A stretch of DNA of 64,000 nt from an uncultured bacterium (lineage in GTDB: Bacteria > Bacteroidota > Bacteroidia > CAILMK01), in assembly GCA_903829945.1 (NCBI GenBank), contig CAIKRV010000078.1:38077-102076 (forward strand), in the 5' to 3' direction. Made by a program: the position numbers and the translations under genes. This document shows, piece by piece, positions 40,762 to 53,600 of the stretch. Within the stretch, counting starts at the first letter, position 1, and each line of letters opens with the position of its first letter. The notes beneath the pieces are model-generated. The model had not been told where the DNA came from, searched no databases, and was given only the letters and a program-made list of their open reading frames with translations.

Positions 40762-41208
40762 TTGGGGCATTCTTATTGCCAGGACATATTTTCTTGCATT
40801 TGGGAGAGTTGTGTTTTTACTCCCTAATTATTGGGATACATTTTGCAATTCTTATGTAAAACCTCATTTAAACTTGATACTTTTTCGAATGTACCATTGA
40901 AAAACAAAATAAAATGTTGTTAACAATGATCGTATATTCGTTATAAAAAATTGAATAACATAGTTTTATATAAATTTTTTTGCAATTCTATTTTTCATGC
41001 ATAAAATCAAATTTTCGAATTAAACATCGAAAATCCTGGGTCAAAAATGTGTTGGAAATTGTATCAAACAACAATTTTATTGATGAACATCAATAATATA
41101 TCAATTTTCAGTCAATTCTTACAGTCAGGACGCAAAAAAATGTGGAAAAGAGTAAACTTTTTTTCATAAAGAGAGAACAATTTGATAATTTTCGCAGTAT
41201 CTTAGCAC

Positions 41209-41590
41209 TTTGAAAGCAGAAAATGTATTGCTTTTAAAAGGAAGAGTAGGCAGCAACACACACTTATCAAGAGCTAATCCACACACACACAGCTCACTAT
41301 CTGCCTGAGGAGATAATCCTAGCTTTTCCACTTTGATGAATTTGGAACCTATGGTTCTGAGCTAATTGTGTTCGCCAAAGCACATTTGTTCGATTTTATC
41401 AAAACTTAAACTGTCGCGGGTGTGCCCCCTATGGTTGTTTTACTTCCATGTCTGTACATTCGGGCTGATGTGTAATTATACGTATATACATATATGATAT
41501 TTCGTCCTCAAGTTCAAAATGAAACCAAACCGGTTAAAGGTGAGGCTTTTGTGCTTTTATCCCCAATGGTAGAGGCGTTAAGATTTTTTT
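41209..41590 (+). ncRNA. Putative highly structured 5' leader / cis-regulatory RNA of the giant T9SS gene (family not recognised)
   Basis: About ten helices paired by eye, including three multibranch junctions. GC is higher than the flanks, the ORF track shows nothing here, and the element begins right after a TATCTTAG -7-like element (41198-41205). Confidence 0.55.
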
Positions 41591-41632
41591 ATACTTTATC
41601 AATCAAATTTTTATTAACTAATTTAAACAGGC

Positions 41633-44600
41633 ATGGAACAATTTTACACGTTTCGAAAGTTTAGAGCTTTCATTGTTACTGTATTTGTGCTCTTGGTTAC
41701 CTCCTTTGCGGGATATAGCCAATTGAGTGGTACTTATACAGTAAATCCATCCGGTTCTGCTACAGCGGGCAATTATCTTACGATAAATGACGTTTGTACA
41801 GACTTATCTTACGGTTACCGTTCCGACGGTGGACCTGCCAACGGTTCCGGTTCTTCCGGAAGCGTTACTATCAAAATTTATGACGGTACGTACAATGAGA
41901 CACCTTATCTCAGTTATGTATCCGGTTCAACGGGGGGTGGTACTATTACCTTCCAATCAAATTCGGCCGATAGCTCTAAAGTTATCATTAAAGGTCAAAC
42001 CTATTACAATTATTATGGCGGTGTTTTCACAATGTATGCTTGTGATAATATCGTTCTTAAACAAGTTACCGTTACTCAAGATGCTTCTGCTTCTTATTAT
42101 GGTAGTTGTGTAGTATTTGATGGCGGTTCTAATTATTGTAGTGTAACGAATTGTTACCTAATGAGTTTAAACCCGGCTACCAGTACTTCATTTTATTTTG
42201 GTTCAGCAGTAAGTGCTCCTTTTTGGAGCTCTTATACACCAAGTTATAGCAACTCAATTACCAATAACTTAATCACCGGTGGTTATTATGGTTGTGATAT
42301 TGAAGGTTATGCTTATTATTGGGCGGGTTCAGGTTATGTATATGATTATACTATTACCGGAAACCAAATTGACTCTTCTTACTATAATGCATTAAATTGT
42401 ATATCTTGGAATGGTCCTGACGTAATTGCAAACAACAAAATTAACATGACCACTGCCAATAATGGTCCGGCGATGTATTTTTATACTTGCGCAGGTGCCA
42501 GTGGTGGTTCTGAAATTGATGTTTATAATAACTTTATAGCTATTACCGGTGGTAGTGGCTCTACCGGTTCAGGTATTTATACTGATTACGATAATGATTA
42601 TATCCGTTTTGTATATAATAGTATAAATGTAATAGGAAGCAACTCTGCTGCTGCCGCATATTTTGACTATGATTATACCAGTTCTTGTACGGTTGAAAAT
42701 AACAACTTCGTGAATTCCGGTGGCGGCTATGCCTATTGGGTATCTTATTCTTGGGGTAATCCAATCGGCACTTCTAACTATAATAATTTATACACTTCAG
42801 GTTCTACTGTAGGTTCAATGGACTACAGCGGATTGACAGCATTAAGTGATTGGCAAAGTTATACCGGATGGGATGCGAATTCCGTTTCTGCTGATCCGGG
42901 ATATTATTCTTCTACCAATTTACATGCTACTGCAAATGCGATTAATAATTTAGCGACTCCACTTTCTTGGGTTACTAAAGATATTGATGGCCAAACTCGT
43001 AGTTCATCCACTCCTGATATTGGAGCTGATGAATTTACTCCTGTAAATGATGATGCTGCAGTAACTGCTATTACTAATCCTACAGGCAACTATTGCCCTG
43101 GTACACAAACAATCATTGCAACTCTTAGAGATGCAGGTGTACATACTTTAAGTTCTGTATATTTAACCTATAAAGTAAATGGTTCCACTGTTGGAACTTA
43201 TACTTGGACAGGTACGCTTACTTCAGGTTCTACTGTTTCAGTAAATGTTGGTACATATTCTTTCACCAGTGGTACTTATAGTGTAGATGTTACTTCATCT
43301 ATGCCTAATGGTGTTACTGACTTGAATACGGCTAATGACCATGCCGGTGTTAGTGGTTTAAATCTTGGTTTATCAGGTACCAAAACCATTGCACTGACCG
43401 GTACTCCTGATTACAGTTCCTTTACAGCTGCTGCTACTGACTTGATGAATAATGGTCTTTGCGGTGCGGTGTTGTTTAATGTTGGTGATGGTTCTTATAA
43501 CGAACAAGTTCTTTTGAATCACCCAATTCCAAACTCATCATCCACCAATACTGTTACTTTCCAATCCAATAGCCATGATAGCTCTAAAGTAATCTTAACT
43601 CCATCTGTTAATTATAATTGGGTAGATGGTGTTTTGCATATGGAAAATGTAAGTTGGGTAAACTTCAACCAAATCAGTACTCACGTATCTAGTGGTTATG
43701 GTTATGGTAATGCAGTTTTATTCTCAAATGCTAACCATTGTACTGTTACTAATGGATATTTTATTGGTAGTGGCCAAACAACCAGCTATGGCTATGGCGT
43801 ATTCACTTCTAATTATAATTCTTCCTACAGCAATGTAAATAATAATTCTTGTAAAGTAAGTAACTGTCGTATTTCTCAATACCAATATGGTGTTTATGAA
43901 TATGGCTACAATTACGGTGCAGGTACTTATAACTATGATAATACCTATACTAATAATACCGTAGATAGTGTTTATTATGCAGGTCTTTATTTATATTATT
44001 CTCACCATATTACCGCAGACCACAATACAGTAATGGAATTAGCATATCCTTACGGGTATGCTACAGGATTAGCTGCATGGTATTGCGATACTATTCACGT
44101 GGTTGGAAATAAAATCAATCCGGGTGTACTTTGTTATTATGGTGCTTTGACATTATATGGCAATTCTGCGAGCAGTTCTGCTCATGGTTTAGTTGCAAAT
44201 AACTTTGTACATTCTACCGGTTCCAGCTCATATCAAGGTAATGCTATATATATGTATGGCAACTCCTATACTGATGTAGTTTATAACAGCACTAACGTAA
44301 CCGGTTCCACCGGAAGTTATGCTTTGTATGACGGTGATAATTCTTACAATTATAATACACTTGAAAATAATAACTTAGTACATTCCGGCGGCGGTTATGC
44401 TTGCTATGCATATTCTAATTATTTTTCAAATGGACATAATTATAATAACTTCTTTACTACAGGTGCATCCGGAACCAATTTCATTACTTGGGATGGTTCT
44501 ACTTATACTAATGCTACTTCCAGTTTCAATTCATTCAAATCTTCTTACGGAGCTAATTCTGTAAAGACAGACCCAATTTATAATTCTGCTTCTGATTTGC

Positions 44601-47600
44601 ATGCTATTTCAGGAAATATTAATAATAAAGGTACTTACTTCAGTGCTGTAACTACAGATATTGATGGTGTAACTCGTAGTGCTACTACTCCTGATATTGG
44701 AGCGAATGAATTTACTCCGGTAAATGATGATGCCGGTGTATCTTCAATTACTAATCCTGTAGGTGCTTATTGTACCGGTACTACTACCATGACTTGCGTA
44801 GTGAAAAACTATGGCGTGGATCCATTAAGCCAAGTAGATATTGCTTACTCTGTAAATGGTGGTACTGCTACATCTACTACTAAAACTTTCACTGCAGTTG
44901 CTACAGGCGGTACCGTTACACTTACTTTCGGTACTTATGCATTTAGCGGTACTACTAATAACTTAGTAGTATGGACAGCTAATCCAAATGGTGCTACTGA
45001 TGGTAATAATGCCAATGATACTTCTAAAGCACTTGGATTAAAAGCAGGTGTTAGCGGTTCTAAAACCATCAAAACTTCAGGTGGTGACTATACCAGCTTT
45101 AATAATGCAATGTCTAGCATTATTGCTAATGGTCTTTGCGGATCTGTTGTGGTAACAGCTGATGACGGTGTATGGAATGAACAATTATCTATTCCTTCCA
45201 CTTTCCCGGCTACCGCTGCTACTACTGTAACCTTCCAAGGTCATGCAGGTGATAGTTCTAAAGTAATTTTATACCATCCGGCTGATTACAATTATTCTGG
45301 TAATTATGCTTTACAATTTAACGGTTGTCAATATGTAACCTTTAAAGAAATCACTATTTCACGTGCTAACGGTTATGGTTATAATAATACCGTTAATTTC
45401 CAAAATGGTGCTTCTAATAATACGGTTTTAGGTTGTGATATTAAAGGATGTTCAGGTTTTAGCTATAATAACTTAACTGATCAATCTTCTTCAGATACTG
45501 CTAACTCAGTTATCAGCACTCGTATTGCTGGTAACCAATATGCAACTGCTGCAGCATATATTTATTATGCTAAGTCCTTTACTTTTGCTTATTGCTTATT
45601 TGATAGTGGTTATTACAATAACCTTTATTGCTACCAAGCCAGTGATTTGAATGTAAAATATTGTACTTTTAAGGATCAACAATATACTGTTACTTGGGGT
45701 GCATATTATGCTGACTTAAATTTTTACTACTCAGGAAATGTTAAAAATTCTTTAAGTGGTATTATCGGTAATAAATTTTACTCGAATGGACTTGGTATGA
45801 GTGACCAATACAGTGTTTATGGAGTTAATTCCTATCCTGTTTTAATTGCGAATAACTTCTTTATGAATACCACCGGTGGTGGTTATAATACCGGTTATTA
45901 CAATTATTTTTCCACTAAACGTAAAATTGTATTTAATAGCTTCAATATTACTACTTCAGGTGGCTCTAACAATAACATGTACATTTATGACTACAGCTAT
46001 TATGGCAACTCTTATACTGCAAGTATAACCGTTGAAAATAACAGCTTTAGCAATACTGGTTCAGGTTATAATGTTAATTATAATAACTATTGGGGTGCAT
46101 ATGCTACCTTCAATTACAATAACTATTATTTTAATGGTTCTTATTTAGGTTATTATAGCCCGGGTGGAACTGCTTCATCTTTCAGTACTTGGCAAGGTTA
46201 CGGTATAGAAGGTCACGGCCAAAATGGCAATCCTTTATATACTGCTGCTAATAACCTACATGCTTATGGTGCTACTTTGAACAATAATGGCACTCCTGGT
46301 TGGGGTGTAACTACAGATATTGACGGACAAACTCGTAGTTTAACTGTTCCGGATATCGGAGCTGATGAATTTACACCGTCTGCAAATGATGCAGGTATTA
46401 CTGCTCTAATTGCTCCTACCTCCGGTTATTGCGCAGGTACTGCTACAATTATTGCTACTTTAGCTAACTATGGTACTAATAATTTAAGTTCTGCTATTTT
46501 AACTTGGAGAGTTACAGGTGCTGCTACAGGTAGCGGTACTTATACCTGGACTACAGGTACTCCTCTTACTTTCGGACAAAGCGTAAATGTAAGCGTTGGT
46601 ACTTATAGTTTCCCTGGTTCCGGTACTTTGAATGTATCCGTACATTCTAACCTTCCAAATGGTGCAACTGACTTAAATACTTCTAATGATAGTACTTATG
46701 CTCCAGGTTTAAATCCGGCATTAGGTGGTACAGTAACCATTGCTCAAACAGGTTCTCCAAACTATAGCACATTTGCTGCTGCAGTTTCTGATATTCAATC
46801 TAAAGGCCTTTGCGGTAATTTATTAGTACAAGTAGGAGATGGTATTTATAATGAACAAGTAACACTAGGTTCATCTTTCCCTGCTACTGCAAGTGCTACT
46901 GTTACTTTCCAAGGTAATACTTCAGATAGTACAAAAGTACATTTGTATCATCCAATGGATTATGGCTGGTCAACTAACTATGCGTTACAATTCAACGGTT
47001 GCCAATATGTAACTTTTGAAAACATGACCATTTCTCGTTCTAATGGTTACGGTGGTTATAATACTATTGTTAACTATCAAAACGGTGCGTCTAACAATAC
47101 TATTAAATCTTGTAGATTGGTAGGTAACCCTGCAGGTTGGGGTTATACTGCATTGCAATCTTCTTATTCAAATGATACAGCTAACAAAGTATTGTATACG
47201 CATATTGGTGCTAACTATAACAGTTATGACGGTTGCGTTTACTTGTACCAACCCAAAGGATGGACTTTCCAATATGATGTATTTGATAGTGGTCAGTATA
47301 ATAACTTCTATGTTTATTATAGTACTGACTTGAACATTAAAAATTGCGTATTTAAAAACGTTCAAACTTCATCATCATATTATAACTATGCTGATTTGTT
47401 AATGTATTATTGCGGTAATGCAAATTCACCTGCTAATGGTATTATCGGAAACTTATTCCTTTCTACCAATACAGGTATTTTAGACCAATATAATGCTTGG
47501 GGTGGTACTAATACCTATTCCATGCTAATTGCAAACAATATGTTTGTAAATACAACTAATTCCGGTTCTAATTCCGGTTATTATGGTAATTATATTGTCC

Positions 47601-50600
47601 ATCGTAATATTTATAACAATAGCTTCAACTGTACTACCAGTGGTTCCAGCAGTGGCGCTTTATATGTTTATGATTATAGCGGATGGTATACAAGCTATGT
47701 ACCTACTGTAAATATTGTTGACAATTGTATTGTAAATACAGGTGGTGGATATTGCTTATATTATAACACTTCAGGTTCTTATGGTACCATTGATTATAAT
47801 AACTATTATTTCTCCGGTTCTAATATGAACTATTTCAACTACTATGGTGCTACTTCAAGCCTTACTGCTTGGCAAAGTATGGGTTATGGTTTTGATGCTC
47901 ATGGTATCAATACTAACCCTATTTATCAAAGTGCTACTAATTTACATGCATTAGGTGCAGGTATTAATAATGCCGGTACGCCACTAGGATTAGTAACTAC
48001 AGACTTTGATGGTCAAACTCGTAGTTCTACTACTCCTGATATAGGAGCAGATGAGTTTACTCCATCTCCAAATGATGCTTCTATTAGTTCAATTACCAGC
48101 CCTTATGGTGCATATTGTGCAGGTTCTACTCCAATCAAAGCAGTACTTACCAATGCAGGTACTTCAGCAATGACATCTTGTATTATTACTTACCGCATTA
48201 CAGGCGCAGGTACCGGTACCGGTACTTATACTTGGTCTGGTGGTCCATTAGCAAGTGGTGATACTACTACAGTTAATGTGGGTAGCTACTCATTTGTTTC
48301 CGGTTCTTATAATGTAAGTGTTGCTTCTTCATTACCTAATGGTGTTACAGATGGTAATCCTGCAAATGATAGTACATATGTATCCGGCCTTACCCTAGGT
48401 ATGGGTGGTACTTACACTATTGCAAAAACAGGTACTCCTAATTACAGCACATTTACTGCTGCTATAAGTGATTTAACTACCAATGGTATTTGCGGATCTG
48501 TATTGTTTACAGTAGGTGACGGTGTATATAATGAACAAATTTCTGTTCCTTCTTTACTTACTACTCCTACTCAAACTGTTACTTTCCAAGGTAATACTTC
48601 TGATAGTACTAAAGTAATTTTATTCCACCCTATTGATTATAATTGGTCTTCCAATTATACCCTTCAATTTAATGGTGCAAAATATTTTACTTTCGAAAAC
48701 ATGACTATTACTCGTTTCGGCGGTAGCAGTTCCGGTTTCTATAGTACTGTCGTTTCCTTTAAATCAGGTGCTAGTAATAACACCATCAAAACCGCTCAAA
48801 TAATCGGTAATAAAAATACTGCTTCTTACGGTTACCCTGATGTTCAAGACAATTCATCCAATGATACCGGTAATACTTTCAATTCAGTAAGATTTTCTGA
48901 GAATTACTCAGGGCTTCAAGGAAATTGGGGTGGTTCTGCCGGTTGGATTGTAACGAGCTGTCTATTTGACTCATTAACTTATTATGGTATCCAAACTGAA
49001 AATAACCAGGATTGGAAAATCATAGGCAATACATTCCGTAACATGAAAAATAGTGGTGGTGCAAATATTTATTTGTACTATGCTAATGCAACCAAATACG
49101 ATGGATCCTTCCAAGTAGTTGGTAACACTATCGTTTCAGGTCCTGCGGATGGTATTGATGACTGGTACAATATGTTCTCCGGTTCTGCTAATTACAAATT
49201 GTTAATTGCTAACAATATGATAGCTATGACCGGTGGTTCTTATGGATACCATGGTATTTATACAGGTCAACGTAATTACTATTACAATACTATTCAAGTA
49301 AACAACGGTAGCGGTGCAACTTATCCGTTCTTTATGGAAGTTGACTACTCTGCTTGTTATGGAAAACCAAGTATGAATTTTGAAGATAATATTTTCAGTA
49401 ATAAAGATGGTGGTCAAGCATTATACTATCAAGAATATTGCGGTGCATCTCCAAACTTTGATTTTAACGATTATTATACTTCTGGTTCTACATTAGCAAG
49501 CTATGATGGTACTACTTATTCTAACCTTTCCGGTTGGCAAAGTGGTACAGGATTAGATGCTCATTCTATCAGCGTTAGTCCGTTATTTACAAGCAGCACA
49601 GATTTACATTGTAATTCAGCTGCTATTAACAATGCAGGTACACCTATTACCGGTATCACTACCGATATATATGGCCAAACACGTAGTACTACCACTCCTG
49701 ATATTGGAGCTGATGAATTTACACCAGCTGCTAATGATGCTAGTATCTCTGCTATTCTTACTCCTAATGGTGTATATTGTGCAGGTGCTACGAATATCAA
49801 AGCAGTAATTACCAATGCAGGTATCGCAGCAATCAGTACTTGTACTGTTACTTATCGCGTTACCGGTGCTGCTTCTTATGTAGGAACTTATTCTTACAGC
49901 CCAAGCACACCTCTTGCATCAGGTGCAAATGATACAATTATAGTAGGTACTTATTCCTTTACTTCAGGTTCTTATAACTTAAGTGTAGCTTCTTCATTGC
50001 CAAATGGTGTTACTGATGGTAACCCATCTAATGATAGTACTTATGTTGCAAATATGAACTTAGGTATTGGCGGTACTAAAACTATTGCTAAAACCGGTAC
50101 TCCGGATTATAGCAGCTTTGGTGCAGCAATTACTGCCCTTGGTAATGGTATTTGCGGATCTGTATTGTTCCAAGTAGGTGACGGTACTTACAAAGAACAT
50201 ATTGTAGTACCTAGTGTAATTGGTGCCAATGCATTAAATACGATTACTTTCCAAGGTAATACTTCTGATAGTACTAAGGTTGAATTAAATTATAATAGTT
50301 CTACTACATACAATGCAGTACTTACTTTCTTAGGTGCATCTTATACTACCTTTGATCATATTACTATCCATTCTAAATATTATATGGACGTAGTAAATAT
50401 TCAAGGCGGTACTAATAATTGTACTATTTCACATGGTCAAATTCTTGGTTATTCTTCTAATCCATACTATTATGGTGTTGCATCTTACCAAGATGTTGAT
50501 AATTATAACTCTATTATTGGTAACTATTTTAATTATCTTGGTTATGGGGTATATTTATATAGTGGTAGCAGTGCGGAAATTGGAAACAATATCAGCAATA

Positions 50601-53600
50601 ACTACTTCCATCAAATAAATTATACCGGTATTTCTTTGAACTACCAACAAGATCAGTTTATTGCAAATAATAACCACATTGAAGCAGGTTATGGTAATGG
50701 ATACCAATCAGGTATTTATGCTTATGGTGGTTATACTACCAGACATGGTTATTCTATCCAAGGAAACTATATCCACATGGGTCCTAACTATGGTGGTTAT
50801 GGTCTTCAATTAAATGGTTTCTATAATACCAGCTCTACTCCTGCTATTGTAGCCAACAATATGATCTTAATTGATGATGCTTATTCTTACAGTGATTATG
50901 CTGTATACTTAAGCGGAAATGACCAAACTAATATTGTTTACAATACCATTGTATTGAATGGTTATTATGCTTATGGATTATATACTTATGATACTTATAC
51001 CTACAATTATTCAGACTATTTTGAAAATAACATTTTAGTGGATAATTATGGTACTTATTATAATGTATTGTATGCTCCGTATGCTGACTGGGGTTATATC
51101 TTCCTAGACTATAATGATTACTATACTGCAGGTTCTAACTTTGCGTATACTTATAGCTATGGTACTTATTCTGCAGTTACTGACTGGTTCTCCTACAATA
51201 GCAATGGTAATGATGGTCACTCATTAAATATCTTACCTTCATTTGTTTCTTCTACAGATTTACACATCAGTAGCACTAATCCTTGTGCATTGAAAGGTAA
51301 AGCAACTGTACTTTCTTATGTAACAAATGACTTTGATAATGACCCTCGTACTTCAAATCCAGATATAGGTGCTGACCAATATGCAGGTTCTGTTAATGGA
51401 CTTTGGGTTGGTGGTATCTCTACCGACTGGACCAATGGCAGCAACTGGTGTTCTGGTTCTACTCCAGGTACCACTGATGATGTAGCTATTGGAGCAAGTT
51501 GTACTTATTATCCTAACATTTCTACAGGTATTACTACTCCTGTATGTCATAACATTGATATCTTAATAGGTGGTTCATTAACTATCAGCGGTGGTACACT
51601 TACCTTCTATGGTAGCCACATTAATAATGCTGGTACTTGGAGTCACTCTGCAGGTAATTTAGTATCTAATGCAAGTTCCGGAAGTGTTGTTTGTCAACCT
51701 ACTTCTTACTTTAATGTAACTGCAAACGGTGGTTCCTTATTCTTAGGCAACGCTACTGTATACGGTGACTTAGTATTAAATGGTGGTGTTGATTCAATCA
51801 ACGGTACTACTTTAGATCTACAAGGTGCATTTACATTCAATTCAGGTGCTACACTTTCATCTGACCTTGCAACATCTACCTTGATATTTGATGGTTCAGG
51901 TGCAAGCACTACTTTACCAAATTGTAAATTGTATGCATTAACACTTAACCGTTCTGCCGGTGTTAATATGACCGGTGATGTTGAAGTTGGAAACAGCTTA
52001 ACATTAACCAATGGTGCATTATCTATCGGTGCTCATAAGTTAATCCTTGATGACGCTATCAGCGCAACAAGCGGTAGCTTAACCGGTGGTACTACTTCAT
52101 ATCTTGACTTTGAAGGTGCAGGTACTAGTACATGGACTATTCCAACCATCACTGGTGGATTAAGTGTATTACGTATTAACCGTTCTAATGGCTTGATCCT
52201 TGGAGATAACATTAGTGTAAATGATACATTATTATTATTAGCCGGTACTTTAGATTTGACCACCAATAGTAAAACGCTTACATTACCTAACTTATCTAAC
52301 ATCGTTAGAAATTCAGGTTCAATGAATGCAGCGCCTACTATTACCGGTGCCGGTAGCACAATTAACTTGTACTACTTATCTTCTGTAACTACTAGCTACG
52401 AATTGCCTTCTACAGTAAATAACATTATTGTAAATGCAGTTGGTACTGTAACATTAGCATCTAACTTAACTGTTAACGGAAACTTTACCATCAATAGCGG
52501 TACATTCGCTGTAGGCGGAAATGCACTTTCCTTAGGTGGTAACTTAACTACTACAGGAACGCTTTCTACTACATTAGCTTCTGACTTGACTATTGCTGAC
52601 TTTAGTGGTTCTTCAACTGTGATGAATCTTCCACAACTTGGAAATCTTCATAGCTTGAAAGTTAACCGTGCTACAGGAGCAAACATTAAGGGTAACCTTA
52701 ACATTGCTAATAACCTAGACATGACTTTAGGTATATTAAATACAGATAATACAGGAACTGGCGGTAATATGGATACCATCTTTATGGCTAGCACTGCATC
52801 TATTTCTAACGAAGGTGCAACCAGCTATGTAAATGGTGTCATCCAAATTAGCAATCCAGTGGTAAATGACGGTACTACTTATACCTTCGGTAATATTGGT
52901 ACTGACATTACTATCCCAACTACTGCAAGTAACCCTGCAGGTATTACTGTAACTCGTACAACTGGTGCTAATGCATCCGGTAGCGGAAGTAAAATTCTTG
53001 ATCACAATGGCCTTCGTACCGGCAGAGCTGGTATGAACCGCGATTACCATATCGTTCCTACCAATAATGGTGGTTTGCAAGCTTCATTAGTATTGCACTA
53101 CTTAGATGGTGAATTGAATGGTATTCCAGAAAGTGGTATCGATATTTACCGTCAACCTGATGGTGGTACTGTATACGCTTGGTTGGAAGGTGGTACTAGA
53201 AACACTACTGCTAATACTATTGCATTACGTAAACCAACTGATAGCTTCTCTCATTGGACAATGGGTGGTACTGCTACTCCACTTCCAGTTGAGTTGACTT
53301 CTTTCACTGTTCAATTACAAGATGAAACATCTGCAATGTTGAACTGGGTAACTGCATCTGAAATAAATAATGACCACTTCGACATCGAACGTTCTGAAGA
53401 TGGACATTCATTTACTAAAGTTGGTGAAAAAGCTGGACATGGTACTACTCAAGTAATTAATAAATATGATTACCTTGATCGTTTCGGTCCTAGTATCTTA
53501 AGCCCTGTATTGTACTACCGCTTGAAACAAGTGGATTACAATGGAGCTTTCGTTTACAGCGACATCAAGAAAGTTGCACTTACTTCTAAGACAGAAGGTG

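Noticed and set aside
41209-41590. tRNA, tmRNA, RNase P, SRP, 6S or a known riboswitch (TPP, cobalamin, SAM, FMN, c-di-GMP) in the long intergenic region
   Set aside because: Diagnostic conserved motifs were not found by eye; an Rfam search is still needed to exclude these.
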